64,000 bases of DNA, from the NCBI GenBank assembly GCA_022072205.1, contig JAJVID010000091.1, forward strand, positions 1,192-65,191, written 5' to 3'. The position numbers and the translations under genes were made by a program. Under the pieces are notes generated by a model, which saw nothing but the letters and a program-made list of their open reading frames with translations, made no database searches and was not told the origin of the DNA. Positions 40,316 through 53,638 of the stretch are shown here, piece by piece (the first letter of the stretch is position 1; each line of letters opens with the position of its first letter). Origin of the DNA: Acidobacteriota bacterium. GTDB taxonomy: Bacteria > Acidobacteriota > Blastocatellia > RBC074.

Positions 40316-41083
40316 ATGAAGTATCTCGCCCCTCTTTGTTTCGTGATTACCCTGGCGCTGGCTGTGGCCGGCGAGGCTAACGCGCAAAATCGCCCCGACA
40401 TCAACAAGCGCGAAGTGTTGACCAACGAAGCGATCGTCAACCTCGCCAAAGCCGGGTTCAAGGAACGCACGATCATCACCCTGATCCGCACTTCCGACAC
40501 CGCGTTCGACATCTCGACGGCCAAACTGGTCGAATTGAAAAAGCGCGGCGTCAACGAGCGCGTCATCAGCGAGATGATCGAACGAACCAATTACGGCGCC
40601 GCCGCTCAACGGCTGACCACGCTGCGCGACGATGAATTCTTCGCCAAAGATGACGAAGCTTTCTTCAACGGCCCGATCTTCAAAGAGCTGCCGACCGAGA
40701 AGGAAGCGAAGCGAAAAGAAGACGAAGCGATGATCTTCGGCTCGCAATCGGGTTCAGGCAGCAAGACCAGAAGCCGGGGCCTGGGGCCTAACGGCGATCG
40801 CAGCCAGCAGAGCGAAACGACCGGGACGGCTACGGTCAGAATCATTCGTCCTCCGAGCGAAGGCAATCCCGAGCCGAAATTGCAGCGCCCCGCCAAGTTG
40901 GACAACAAAGGCATTCTGGAAATGATCCAGGCCGGTTTCTCCGAAGGCACGGTGCTCCGCAAGATCGAATCGTCACAGGTTGATTTCGACCTTTCGTCGA
41001 AAGCCCTCGGCGACCTGCGCCAGAACCGCGTCAGCGAGCGCATCATCACTGCGATGAAAACAGCGATGGACGAATCGAAGTGA
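40316..41083 (+). CDS. secreted protein with two copies of an ~50-aa repeat, unknown function
   Basis: Signal peptide. [49 protein letters not shown] is repeated as [48 protein letters not shown]. Confidence 0.6.
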   Translation: MKYLAPLCFVITLALAVAGEANAQNRPDINKREVLTNEAIVNLAKAGFKERTIITLIRTSDTAFDISTAKLVELKKRGVNERVISEMIERTNYGAAAQRLTTLRDDEFFAKDDEAFFNGPIFKELPTEKEAKRKEDEAMIFGSQSGSGSKTRSRGLGPNGDRSQQSETTGTATVRIIRPPSEGNPEPKLQRPAKLDNKGILEMIQAGFSEGTVLRKIESSQVDFDLSSKALGDLRQNRVSERIITAMKTAMDESK

Positions 41084-41197
41084 TGACGGAATCAAAGGGC
41101 AAGTGATGGCCAGACCCTTGAAACATCGTTGGGAGAAGATTTGAAGAGAGAGCACGGAAAAGACAGTGATAACGGAACAAACGGAAAGATTTCCCCG

Positions 41198-42244
41198 ATG
41201 CTTTTCCGTTATTTCCGTGCTCTCTCTTTCCTCGCTGTTTTCATCGCGCTGTGGGGGGCGCCGTTTCCCGTCCGCGCCCAGACCTCACAGTCGAATCAGG
41301 AGAAGCAGGAGCAGAAAGACCGCCAGCGCAAGCCCGGCGAAGATGTGATCGCAATTGACACCGCCGAAGTCCTGCTGCCCGTCACCGTGCGCGATTCTTC
41401 CGGACAGTTCGTGACCGATCTGAGGGCCGAAGATTTCATCATTTACGAAGACGGCGCCCAGCAGCCCATCAGTTCCTTCGCGCTCAAACGCATGCCGGTT
41501 CACGTTGTGATGATGATTGACACAAGCAGCAGCGTGGCGCATGAACTCGAAGACTTCAAAGAAGCCGCCTGGCGCTTCATCAACCAACTCGATCCCGAAG
41601 ACAAATTCTCATTGATCCGTTTCGACGACCAGGTCGAACTGGTGCAGGATTGGACCAACAGCCGCAACGCGCTGAAACGCGCGCTCAACCGTCTGGGAAC
41701 CGGGATGTTCACGAAATTCAACGACGCGCTTTATCTGGCGGCGCACGAGCAATTGGGCAAGATCAAAGGCCGCAAGGCGATCATCGTTCTGACCGACGGC
41801 ATTGACAGCGGGCGCGGCTCGGTTTCGAGCGAACGCGCCTTCCGCACGCTGATCGAAGAAGAGACGCCGGTTTATGCCGTCAGCAAAACGCGAATTCAGC
41901 GGCGCGCCGACAACGAAGAACTTGAGTATTTCGAGAAGGCTTCGTCTTCGTCGGTGAACAGCCTCCGCATCGAGGGCCTGAAGATGAAGATCGCCCAACT
42001 CGAATCCAGCGAACGCAACATGACCCGCATCGCCGAAGAGACCGGCGGGCGAATTTTCCTGCCCGCGAGCTTCGACGATCTGAGCGACGCTTATCAACAG
42101 GTCGCCGATGAACTTCGTTCCCAGTACGTGATCTTTTACACCCCGACGAACTCAAACCGCGACGGCAGCTACCGCGCAGTCAAAGTCAAAGTCAAACAAC
42201 CGGGCTATCACGCGACTACGCGCTTTGGCTACTACCTCAAATAA
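41198..42244 (+). CDS. secreted VWA domain protein (VWFA-related acidobacterial type)
   Basis: ATG 41198 gives a signal peptide. [17 protein letters not shown] is a MIDAS DxSxS, followed by FSLIRFDD...[10 protein letters not shown]. Confidence 0.8.
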   Translation: MLFRYFRALSFLAVFIALWGAPFPVRAQTSQSNQEKQEQKDRQRKPGEDVIAIDTAEVLLPVTVRDSSGQFVTDLRAEDFIIYEDGAQQPISSFALKRMPVHVVMMIDTSSSVAHELEDFKEAAWRFINQLDPEDKFSLIRFDDQVELVQDWTNSRNALKRALNRLGTGMFTKFNDALYLAAHEQLGKIKGRKAIIVLTDGIDSGRGSVSSERAFRTLIEEETPVYAVSKTRIQRRADNEELEYFEKASSSSVNSLRIEGLKMKIAQLESSERNMTRIAEETGGRIFLPASFDDLSDAYQQVADELRSQYVIFYTPTNSNRDGSYRAVKVKVKQPGYHATTRFGYYLK

Positions 42245-42280
42245 TAAACACCTTTCAACGCCCCGCCGATTTCAACGAAT

Positions 42281-43549
42281 ATGCCTTCAAACAACGAAAG
42301 TACAGGCGAGGCGCGAAACCGCTCAAACAGAATCAAACTCTTCGTCGTTGTGGTCTTCGCGCTCATCGCCGCCGCAAGTGGCTTCTGGGGTTATCAACGT
42401 TACCGCGCAAGCGGCGCGACGCTGACAACGGCGGAAATAACCGAACTGGCGAAAACGGCCGCGTCAGAGGATCGCCAAGCCTGGCTGCGTCTGGCGCGCG
42501 CCGCATTGACCGCCGAGAACGTGCAAGCCATCATCGCGCCTACGGAGCCGACGAATAATCGAGGCGAAGCTTCGCGCGTCGAGCTTGGCTATCTGCTCTT
42601 CTTCGATCCGATCCTGTCTGGCGACAAAACCACTTCCTGCGCTTCGTGTCATCACCCCGATTATGGAATGGCCGACGGGCTGAAGAAGGGAATCGGCGCT
42701 GGCGGACACGGCTACGGCTTGCAACGCGCGGGCACGGGGCGCGAATTGCAGCGCAACACGCCGAGCCTTTTCAACGTCGCCTACAACCCGATCCTGTTCT
42801 GGGATGGGCGCGCCGGAACGCTCGAAGAACAGGCGCTGGAGCCGATCTTCAACGAACACGAATTGAATCAATCGAGCGCCGCCGAACTGGTGAAAAGTTT
42901 GCGCGCGATCCCGAAATACCGCGAGTTGTTCGCCAAAGCGTTCGGCTTCAACTCGCCGCAGGACGGGCGCGAGATCACTCTCCAAAACATCGCGCGCGCC
43001 ATCGCGGCATTCGAGCGCAAGCTGAACATCACCGAAACCGATTACGACCAGTTCGTCAAAGGGAAGGATGATAAGCTCACGACTGAGCAATTGCGCGGGC
43101 TGGTCGTGTTCATCGGCCAGGGGCAATGCGCCGCCTGTCACATCCCGCCGCATTTCCACGACGGCGTTTTGTCTTCGACTGGGACGCCTGTCTCCGCGGA
43201 GAAAGGCGCGCCGCTCGATTCCGATCCGGGTTTCGGCGCAGTGATTCGCCGCGAGGACGGGTTCGGGATGTTCAAGACGCCAGGCCTGCGCAACGTAGCC
43301 CGCACCGCGCCATACATGCACAACGGCGCGTTCAACACACTAGAAGAGGTCGTGGATTTTTATAATGACGGCGGAGGCCGCGGACGCGGGCTTGATGTTT
43401 ACAGCCAGGACGTGAAGGTGGCTAAGCTGAACCTGACCGAACAGCAGAAGAAAGACCTGGTCAGTTTTATGAAATCGCTCAACGACACCGCCCCTCCGCC
43501 GCAAACGCCGGCCAGTGTGCCTAGCGGGCTGCCGGTTGTCGGCAAGTAG
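42281..43549 (+). CDS. di-heme cytochrome c peroxidase (CCP/MauG family)
   Basis: Two CxxCH motifs (CASCHHP, CAACHIP), plus [21 protein letters not shown]. Confidence 0.9.
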   Translation: MPSNNESTGEARNRSNRIKLFVVVVFALIAAASGFWGYQRYRASGATLTTAEITELAKTAASEDRQAWLRLARAALTAENVQAIIAPTEPTNNRGEASRVELGYLLFFDPILSGDKTTSCASCHHPDYGMADGLKKGIGAGGHGYGLQRAGTGRELQRNTPSLFNVAYNPILFWDGRAGTLEEQALEPIFNEHELNQSSAAELVKSLRAIPKYRELFAKAFGFNSPQDGREITLQNIARAIAAFERKLNITETDYDQFVKGKDDKLTTEQLRGLVVFIGQGQCAACHIPPHFHDGVLSSTGTPVSAEKGAPLDSDPGFGAVIRREDGFGMFKTPGLRNVARTAPYMHNGAFNTLEEVVDFYNDGGGRGRGLDVYSQDVKVAKLNLTEQQKKDLVSFMKSLNDTAPPPQTPASVPSGLPVVGK

Positions 43550-43656
43550 AAACCGCACGCAGCCACTGCGCCTTCGTCGTGAAAAACGCCGGCCTTTTGC
43601 CTTTTGATTTTCTGGGCTAGAATCCGGATGTAAGCGACAACAATCACGACAAAACG

Positions 43657-44115
43657 ATGCCCGAATTTACCAAAGAGAAAGAGATATTCTTTGAACATCT
43701 CAGGCGCGCCGGGTTCAAAAAGACCTCGCAGCGCGAGTTGATACTCGACGTTTTTCTCAAAACCGAAGGCCATCTCAGCGCCGAAGACCTGTATAACATT
43801 GTCAAAGTCGAAGACCCGACCGTCGGCTTCACGACTGTTTACCGCACGCTCAAGCTTCTGGTCGAATGCGGGCTGGCGCGCGAAGAGCGTCTGGGCGACG
43901 GGCGCGCGCGTTATGAACACCTTTACAACCACCAGCACCACGACCATCTGATCTGCACCCAATGCGGCCAACTGATAGAGTTTTACAGCGAAGAGATCGA
44001 GAATAAACAGGACGAAATCGCCGCGAATCACGGTTTTCACCCGACACGCCACAGCCTGCGCATCTGGGGAATCTGCTCGGAGTGCCAGGTGAAACGCCAG
44101 GCGGCTGGACGTTGA
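43657..44115 (+). CDS. Fur family transcriptional regulator (PerR/Fur-like)
   Basis: [11 protein letters not shown]...SAEDLY...[24 protein letters not shown] and CSEC metal sites. Confidence 0.9.
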   Translation: MPEFTKEKEIFFEHLRRAGFKKTSQRELILDVFLKTEGHLSAEDLYNIVKVEDPTVGFTTVYRTLKLLVECGLAREERLGDGRARYEHLYNHQHHDHLICTQCGQLIEFYSEEIENKQDEIAANHGFHPTRHSLRIWGICSECQVKRQAAGR

Positions 44116-44134
44116 TGCCTCGGAATATCGAATC

Positions 44135-44527
44135 GTGAACCGGAAAAACTCACGGCGAAATTTGTTGATCATCTGCGCCTGCGCCGGCATTTTCTACGGT
44201 TGCGCCAGCCAGGATGCGAAAGACGGCAGAAGCGAGGCAGACCAGAATCGTGAAAAAATCGGCGCTGAAGATTTCATGCCGGAGCGGATACGAACTGTTT
44301 ATGTCCGCAGTTGCGCTTCGTGTCACGGCCCCGACGGGCACGGAATCAAGGCGATTGCGCCTGATCTCTACCGCGCCAAACATCGCAGCGCGGAAGAGTG
44401 GGAAAAGTATCTGCGCGATTCCAGAGACGCTCATCCTGTTGCGCAACCGCCGCCATTGTGGCTTGACGCGGACGAGATGAAAGAGATGGCGGAATATCTG
44501 GAGTTGATAACCCGGCGAAATCAGTAA
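44135..44527 (+). CDS. c-type cytochrome lipoprotein
   Basis: Cys-containing signal (LIICACAGIFYGCAS) and a single CASCHGPDGHG heme motif. GTG start. Confidence 0.75.
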   Translation: MNRKNSRRNLLIICACAGIFYGCASQDAKDGRSEADQNREKIGAEDFMPERIRTVYVRSCASCHGPDGHGIKAIAPDLYRAKHRSAEEWEKYLRDSRDAHPVAQPPPLWLDADEMKEMAEYLELITRRNQ

Positions 44528-44593
44528 CGCGGAGTGTTGGAATCGCTTGTTGGCCGAAGTTCGCGGGCTGTGTTAGCCTGACGCAGCGAGTTT

Positions 44594-44782
44594 ATGAACG
44601 TGCGCGAAAACACCTGTCATCACAGCGCGGAAACAGATTTCCATTCCGCGACGCAAAACGATCTCGCGTCGCGGCTGGCGCAAAAGCTGCGTCGCGTGTG
44701 GAACGCGTTGCGCGATGTGCTGCGCGGATATTGCGCCGGACAGCCTGTGGACGAATCGCGCCCGCGCAAAGGTTGTTGCTGA
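44594..44782 (+). CDS. possible small protein, unknown
   Basis: 62-aa ORF with an ATG start in the cytochrome c-deoC gap. I recognised no motif. Confidence 0.2.
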   Translation: MNVRENTCHHSAETDFHSATQNDLASRLAQKLRRVWNALRDVLRGYCAGQPVDESRPRKGCC

Positions 44783-44807
44783 CATCACACGCCAAATAAA
44801 ATTTGTA

Positions 44808-45686
44808 ATGAACGTAGAACTGGAAAAACTTGTCGAGCAGATCACGGATCAGATCGTCGCTCGGCTCTCAGCCTCCCGCGGCTACGATTTGAACGGCGCC
44901 GATTGCGGCGAATGCAGCCCGCACTCGCTGGCCTGCGCGCTGAACGCCGGAGCCTCGCGCATCGGGTTGGCCTGGGGCCAATCAGCCGCCACAAGCGCCG
45001 ACGTGGCGAAATACATTGACCACACGCTGCTCAAACCCGAAGCCTCGCGCGACGAAATCGAAAAGCTCTGCCGCGAAGCCCGCGATTTCAATTTCGCTTC
45101 CGTCTGCGTCAACCCGACGTGGGTTAAAGAATGCGCGTTCGCGCTGCACGGCTCGCCGGTCAAAGTCTGCACTGTCGTCGGCTTCCCGCTCGGAGCGACG
45201 CTGGCCGACGTTAAGGCTTACGAAACCCGTCGCGCGATCTTCGACGGCGCAACAGAAATTGACATGGTCATCAACATCGGCGCGCTGAAATCGGGCGATG
45301 ACGCAACGGTCAGACGCGACATCCGCGCCGTAGTCGAGGCCGCGCACGAAGCCTGCGCCATCGTCAAAGTGATCATCGAAACCGCGCTGCTTACCGACGA
45401 AGAGAAAGCCCGCGCCTGTCTGCTCGCAAAAGAGGCTGGAGCCGATTTCGTCAAAACCTCAACCGGATTCAGCAAAGGCGGGGCGACCGTCGCCGACATC
45501 GAATTGATGCGCCGCACGGTCGGATCGGAAGTCGGAGTTAAAGCGGCGGGCGGCGTGAAAGATCTGGCCGGCGCGCGCGAAATGATCGCCGCTGGCGCAA
45601 CCCGCATCGGCGCAAGCGCGGGCGTCAAGATAGTGCAGGAATCACAGGGCGTGAAGACCGGCGCCGCAAGTTCAGGTAACTATTGA
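44808..45686 (+). CDS. deoC: deoxyribose-phosphate aldolase with ~70-aa N-terminal extension
   Basis: [19 protein letters not shown]...ASVCVNP...[11 protein letters not shown]...KVIIE...FVKTSTGF (Schiff-base Lys context). Confidence 0.85.
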   Translation: MNVELEKLVEQITDQIVARLSASRGYDLNGADCGECSPHSLACALNAGASRIGLAWGQSAATSADVAKYIDHTLLKPEASRDEIEKLCREARDFNFASVCVNPTWVKECAFALHGSPVKVCTVVGFPLGATLADVKAYETRRAIFDGATEIDMVINIGALKSGDDATVRRDIRAVVEAAHEACAIVKVIIETALLTDEEKARACLLAKEAGADFVKTSTGFSKGGATVADIELMRRTVGSEVGVKAAGGVKDLAGAREMIAAGATRIGASAGVKIVQESQGVKTGAASSGNY

Positions 45687-45747
45687 CGGCTGCCTTCCGG
45701 CTCTCCAATTTCACCTTTCGACGGGCGTTGCTGCGTTGTTGGACTAC

Positions 45748-45777
45748 TTGACAACCTCTGAGCTTCGCGGCTATTTT
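45748..45777 (+). promoter_or_regulatory. candidate sigma70-type promoter
   Basis: TTGACA (45748-45753), an 18-nt spacer, then TATTTT (45772-45777). It lies upstream of the AAAGGAG RBS and TTG start at 45825. Confidence 0.3.
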
Positions 45778-45824
45778 GACGCCTTCCTCATTGCCCCCAT
45801 TTTCTTGCTTAAAGGAGTACAACA

Positions 45825-46619
45825 TTGGCTAAAGGGCGAGCTTCGGCACAAAATTTAAAACGCGATCCGCTGATGGAGCAATACGTGGCTACGTCGGCCT
45901 GGGTCAAAGATCGTTCACGCCCAATCGTGAAATGGCTGACTGTCGCGGCGGTGGCGCTTGCGGTCGGCGGGATCATCTGGATGTTCATGTCGCGCCGCGC
46001 GGCGAACGCCAGCGAATCAATGGCCAGAGCGATGGACGCTCACGAGGCGATGGTTGCGAACCCGATTCCTCCGAACCTGTCTCCGGGACAGGTCGCTTTT
46101 ACGAGCGAGGACGAAAAACACCGCAAGGCTTACGAGGCTTTCACAAAAGCGGCGAACGAATATCCTTCTTATAACGGCGACCTGGCGCGCTATTTCGCTG
46201 CGACTCATCAACTACATTTCGAGGCCGACAAGGCCGAAGCTACGTTGAAAGAGCTTTCGCAGAAAGATTCCGATGTCGGCGCTCAGGCGCGCCTGGCGCT
46301 TGCTGAACGTTACGAAGCCGTCGGCAAGAACGACGACGCGATTGCGGAGTATCAAAAGCTGAAAAACAAACCAGGCCCGATTCCTCCGGCGTTGATTGAT
46401 GTGAGCATGGCTCGCGTTTATGAAGCTATGGGGAAAACCAAAGAGGCCGCTGACCTTTACTTCGCCGTCGCCAACAACAAGGATTTGCGAAGCACTGGAT
46501 TGGGCGCTACGGCTGTCACGCGGCTGACTGTCATCGCCCCTGAAAAGGTGGAGCAGTTGCCGCCTCCCGAATCCACCACTCCCGCATTCCCAGGCGGAAT
46601 GGCGATCCCAGGCCGCTAA
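45825..46619 (+). CDS. membrane-anchored TPR-like protein (YfgM-like architecture)
   Basis: Short cytoplasmic N-terminus, a TM helix ([18 protein letters not shown]) and a helical repeat ectodomain. Confidence 0.5.
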   Translation: MAKGRASAQNLKRDPLMEQYVATSAWVKDRSRPIVKWLTVAAVALAVGGIIWMFMSRRAANASESMARAMDAHEAMVANPIPPNLSPGQVAFTSEDEKHRKAYEAFTKAANEYPSYNGDLARYFAATHQLHFEADKAEATLKELSQKDSDVGAQARLALAERYEAVGKNDDAIAEYQKLKNKPGPIPPALIDVSMARVYEAMGKTKEAADLYFAVANNKDLRSTGLGATAVTRLTVIAPEKVEQLPPPESTTPAFPGGMAIPGR

Positions 46620-46722
46620 GCCGGAAATATCAGTTGGGTCAATGAAGACGAGTGGCAACCTGAGTTTTGCCACTCGTCTTCGTTTTTACGCGTGGCTTGC
46701 AAACGGTTTGTTCGAGGTGTGA

Positions 46723-47157
46723 ATGGCCAGAGAGAAATTATTGATATGGCTGTTGGCGGCGCTGGCGTTGTTTGGCGCCGCTTGTCGAACTCCGAATGGC
46801 GCCGCTCCAACGCAGACTACGAAGCAGAGGGCGTCCGGTGGCGGAGATTCGACAGGCGCGACAAGCGTTCGCTCGGAGATTGGTTTTGCGACGAGGCGGA
46901 AATTCCTGGAGCATTATGAAAAGCACGGCGCCGAATTCGGCTCGATCAGTCAGGATGAATATCTGCGCCAGGCGCAGACGCTGCGCGACAGCCCGGCAGG
47001 TGGAAACATTCTGGAAGCCGTGAGAGCCGACGGCGTCATCACAAGGTTCGACCGCAAGACCGGCGCTTTTCTGGCCTTCGACCCCGATCTGACCATTCGC
47101 ACATACTTCAAACCAAACGACGGCGAGAGATATTTTCGCAGGCAAAGCAAACGATGA
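46723..47157 (+). CDS. putative lipoprotein with uncharacterised C-terminal domain
   Basis: LLAALALFGAAC is a signal with Cys. The C-terminal part reads FLEHYEKHGAEFGSISQDEYLRQA...ITRFDRKTGAFLAF...TIRTYFKP. Confidence 0.5.
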   Translation: MAREKLLIWLLAALALFGAACRTPNGAAPTQTTKQRASGGGDSTGATSVRSEIGFATRRKFLEHYEKHGAEFGSISQDEYLRQAQTLRDSPAGGNILEAVRADGVITRFDRKTGAFLAFDPDLTIRTYFKPNDGERYFRRQSKR

Positions 47158-47167
47158 GGTGAAGAGA

Positions 47168-47590
47168 ATGCCAAAAGTGAATGACCCCGTGCGCGATTTT
47201 TTACGTGAAAGAGGTTGCGCCGATTACGTTGTCGAAGGCGGTCTGGCGGGTCTGATCGAAAGCTGGGAGAAGACCGTTCAATCGGTCGAGGACGGTTATT
47301 CGCTGACGCTCGATGATTACCTGAATGATCTGGATGCGCGGCAATTGATCGCCGAAGCTTTGTTGGTGGCCAGCGATGATCAACGCGCTGAAATCGCTGC
47401 GCGACTCAACCGCGCCGACGAAAAGATGCGAAGCCTGACCGAGCCGGCGACAGTTTGTTTGTGGGGCAAAGAGATTGCCGAAGAAGAAAGTTGGACGGCG
47501 AAAGACAATTGGTGGTATTTCGCGCGCCCGGTCAACGCCGACCCTGAATTGCTCGCCGAAATTGATGAGGCAGTGGAAAGCGGTGGGTAA
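47168..47590 (+). CDS. acidic cytoplasmic protein, unknown (coupled to 46723..47157)
   Basis: A GAGGTGA RBS overlaps the upstream stop. The protein is Asp/Glu-rich and has no signal peptide. Confidence 0.5.
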   Translation: MPKVNDPVRDFLRERGCADYVVEGGLAGLIESWEKTVQSVEDGYSLTLDDYLNDLDARQLIAEALLVASDDQRAEIAARLNRADEKMRSLTEPATVCLWGKEIAEEESWTAKDNWWYFARPVNADPELLAEIDEAVESGG

Positions 47591-47640
47591 TCAATCAAAG
47601 GCAGAGGGGGCGAAACCTCTGCCTTTGATTTTTGATTTCT

Positions 47641-50721
<3,081 letters not shown>

Positions 50722-50915
50722 AATGCAGCTCCTTTGGGCCTTTGGGATTGCTGGCGATGAACCTTCGCCGCAGGCAGAGACGTAACCGGCAAACGAGCCG
50801 TTTCAGGAAAGCTTTACTCATTCCCGCGCGGAAATTCGTGACGCTTGTTCCGGGGCTGTTCCGCCACGAAGATTGAGCTATAATGCGCGCGAGTGGTAAT
50901 CATACAGGTGAGGCA

Positions 50916-51530
50916 ATGATCGAACAGAATAGTCCGTCCGGAAAATCCTCTGAAAGCAGGCCGCGCTGGAGCTGGTATCGAATCTTGCTCGCGTTAATCC
51001 CGGCCTTCATTCCATTCGTCTATTTCTATCTGACCGGTAAAGAGACGTGGTCGCTCTCGGATTTCGGAGTAGTGTGCGGCTTGTTCGTCGGTTACTGGCT
51101 GACGGTGATGCTGATCGCCGGACGCGTGCTGCGAAGCAAGCAGGCGTTGCAGGCGGCCCGGCTCGCTTCGCCACTGATCGAAGTTCCGCTCAACGCCGAT
51201 TTGCGCGCCCGGCTTTCCAGATTCGCCGCGTCCAATCGCCAGAAACTCGCCGTCGCCGCTTTTGAACTGCTCGATCAGGAAATCCCTCGCTTCGAGCAGG
51301 ACGAAGAGCGTGACCGCGCGCGCCGCGACAACGAACACCTGCGCCAGCAGGCCGGACAGGGCGCGTTCCTGGTTGCCGTCACGACTGAAATTTTAAAACG
51401 CCTGTTGCTGCTAAGCGGCGCCCACGAGGAAGACCGCAAATTCTGGCGCGCACAGATCAGCGAAACCGCCGCCCGCATCGTCAGCGATGCGTTGGAACAC
51501 CGGCTGCCGATCACAGAACAACCCACCTGA
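50916..51530 (+). CDS. membrane protein, unknown function
   Basis: ATG 50916 has a GGTGAGG RBS, and a possible TATAAT lies at 50879-50884. There are two TM helices and a charged C-terminal domain. Confidence 0.45.
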   Translation: MIEQNSPSGKSSESRPRWSWYRILLALIPAFIPFVYFYLTGKETWSLSDFGVVCGLFVGYWLTVMLIAGRVLRSKQALQAARLASPLIEVPLNADLRARLSRFAASNRQKLAVAAFELLDQEIPRFEQDEERDRARRDNEHLRQQAGQGAFLVAVTTEILKRLLLLSGAHEEDRKFWRAQISETAARIVSDALEHRLPITEQPT

Positions 51531-51747
51531 AACATCCCAGGCGGAATCCCGCCGAAATGAATTCAAATTATTGCCGTGTTCTGCTGTCAGTCTGATTCCG
51601 AATCTCGTTCACCGAAGATGGAAGAGATTGCCTGGGAGTATTGCGCGGTGTTTGTGGTGGATGTGATCAGGAGAATGAAATGAGTGATAAGGGACGTGTA
51701 CAACCACTGGCAATTCGCCCTCGGTTGATTTAAGTCTAATGGCTCGG

Positions 51748-52296
51748 TTAGATGTCGTCTTCTTTCATCAATAAGCCCAATTGTTGCTTCGACAATCCAA
51801 TCAAGCGATAAATCATCCAATCATTCTTTCGGTCAAATGAAGCGTACCAAGCGGACTGCTCATTTGATGCTGAGGTGTAAACCATGAGGCTGGCCTTGCC
51901 TACTGTTCTAGTTCCGCTGCTATACCATACAAACAAAGCTGACTTTGAAATGTCTGTGATCTTCCGGCTCAGGTTCTCGCCGCTGGTCTGGTGGCGATGC
52001 AAAGGTGGTGTGAGTTGTTCGAAGAGTTGTAGCGTCGCGCTGTCTATAATCAAAGCCTTTGTCTCAGAAAGTACCCGGTTAGGATGAAACGGTGGTACTG
52101 TCAGTATGCTTCCCCAAACCCCCAACGCTCCGAGTTCCTTGCCAGAAAACTCGAGCCACTTGCAACCGAACCAACCGTCAATTTGAACCACGAAGATTTC
52201 ACTAGGGCTAACGACTCTTACCTCGTTACGGATAATTCGGGAAACAAGAGCCACAAACGTCGGGTCATCCTCCGGTTTTGCAGTCAATGGGATCAT
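51748..52296 (-). CDS. hypothetical protein (orphan, low-GC islet)
   Basis: 182 aa counted from ATG 52296 (MIPLTAKPEDDP...). No motif recognised. It lies 16 nt downstream of 52313..52585. Confidence 0.4.
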   Translation of the reverse strand: MIPLTAKPEDDPTFVALVSRIIRNEVRVVSPSEIFVVQIDGWFGCKWLEFSGKELGALGVWGSILTVPPFHPNRVLSETKALIIDSATLQLFEQLTPPLHRHQTSGENLSRKITDISKSALFVWYSSGTRTVGKASLMVYTSASNEQSAWYASFDRKNDWMIYRLIGLSKQQLGLLMKEDDI

Positions 52297-52312
52297 GCGA
52301 GTTAACACAGCC

Positions 52313-52585
52313 TTACCCAAACAACGGCCCGCCACGATAAACCACGCTCCACCCACGCTCGATGCTGGTGCTGATCGCGTCTTCGTAATTGCGTCTTGCT
52401 TCGCTTCTGGTCTCGAACTGCTTCAGGATTGGCTGGCCTTCGCGCGGGTCGAGTTTGACCACCGCCGCGATGGATTTCGACAGGCCGTCCGAGTCAACCG
52501 CAGTTTCGGCGCGCAGCAGACCGAGGAAAGAGAACATGCTGTTTTTAGTCAGAATCGTCAGGTACGTCGTCGGTTTATCAATCAT
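52313..52585 (-). CDS. hypothetical small protein (orphan)
   Basis: 90-aa ORF with no recognised motif. It is co-oriented with and adjacent to 51748..52296. Confidence 0.4.
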   Translation of the reverse strand: MIDKPTTYLTILTKNSMFSFLGLLRAETAVDSDGLSKSIAAVVKLDPREGQPILKQFETRSEARRNYEDAISTSIERGWSVVYRGGPLFG

Positions 52586-52666
52586 AGAGAGAATCGTCCG
52601 TTGATGTAGTTGTTTTCAGGTTTGAGGCTGCGATGATACCACATCGGCGCGAATTTTCTTCCTCGC

Positions 52667-53632
52667 TCACGCCAGCGTTTCTGCTTTTCGTCCGGGCTTG
52701 AGCAGGTACGCCGCAAGCGCGACGGCTGTCGCCGCCGAGACCGCGAACCTGAAGCCGGAATGGATAGGCAGCGGCGAGATGAATCCCTCGATCAATCCGG
52801 CGATCACGAACAACGGGAAACACCCGGCCATCAGTTTGATCGCCACCGCGCCTTTTTCAATCAACGCTTCGCGCCGGGTGCGTTCGCCCGGCGCGAGCAC
52901 CGACAAGCCGATCATCAACCCTGCGCCGCCTGCGATAAAGATCGCCGTGAATTCCAACACGGCGTGCCCGGCGACGAACGACCACAGCGTATGTCCCATT
53001 CCGTATTTGAAGACCAGCGCATTGATGGCCCCGAATTGCAGCGCGGTGGTCTTCAAGACGTTCACTGTTCCGACGACCGGAAAAATGCTGAGCGCGAAAG
53101 TGAGGATGCCGACGGAGATGTTGTTGGTGATGATCCCAGCCGCTCCGACTGGCGCCATTTTATTCAAATCGTCCCACCACGCCTGATGGTCTTTGATCTT
53201 CTGAACCAGAGGGCGCGGCACGTAAGCGAAATCGGCGAAATCGTCGTTGCGCCAGGTGGCGAAGAACGACGGGATCGCAATCGCGATGAAAATCAAAAAG
53301 ACCGCCAGCGTGTAGCGGAACGTTCGCCGGAAGATCGCCGGAAAATCGTAAAGGTAAAAATTCAGGATTGCGCGCCCGCCTTTCGATTCCGTGCGGTAGA
53401 TCATCCCGTGCGCGCGGATGACCAGATTGTTCAGGTAGCTGACCAGCCGCTGATCGCGCGATTCGACGCGCGCGATAGCCAGATCGGAGGCCGCCCGCCG
53501 GTAACTGCGCGCCAGTTCACGCACTTCATCGCGGCTCAAACTGCGCAGCCCGCGCATCGTGCGCGCCTGATCAATCAGTTCTTCCAGCCGCTTCCAGTTG
53601 GCTTTGCGCTTTTCGATAAAGTTTTCAGCCAT
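52667..53632 (-). CDS. SpoIIM-like (DUF95) integral membrane protein
   Basis: The N-terminal helical segment WKRLEELI...LSRDEVRELARSYRRAASDLAIAR followed by 5-6 TM helices is the typical DUF95 architecture. Confidence 0.7.
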   Translation of the reverse strand: MAENFIEKRKANWKRLEELIDQARTMRGLRSLSRDEVRELARSYRRAASDLAIARVESRDQRLVSYLNNLVIRAHGMIYRTESKGGRAILNFYLYDFPAIFRRTFRYTLAVFLIFIAIAIPSFFATWRNDDFADFAYVPRPLVQKIKDHQAWWDDLNKMAPVGAAGIITNNISVGILTFALSIFPVVGTVNVLKTTALQFGAINALVFKYGMGHTLWSFVAGHAVLEFTAIFIAGGAGLMIGLSVLAPGERTRREALIEKGAVAIKLMAGCFPLFVIAGLIEGFISPLPIHSGFRFAVSAATAVALAAYLLKPGRKAETLA

Positions 53633-53638
53633 AACTCG

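Noticed and set aside
51587-51820. 77-aa minus ORF at the edge of the low-GC islet
   Set aside because: It overlaps the end of 51748..52296 in another frame. It has no RBS or motif.
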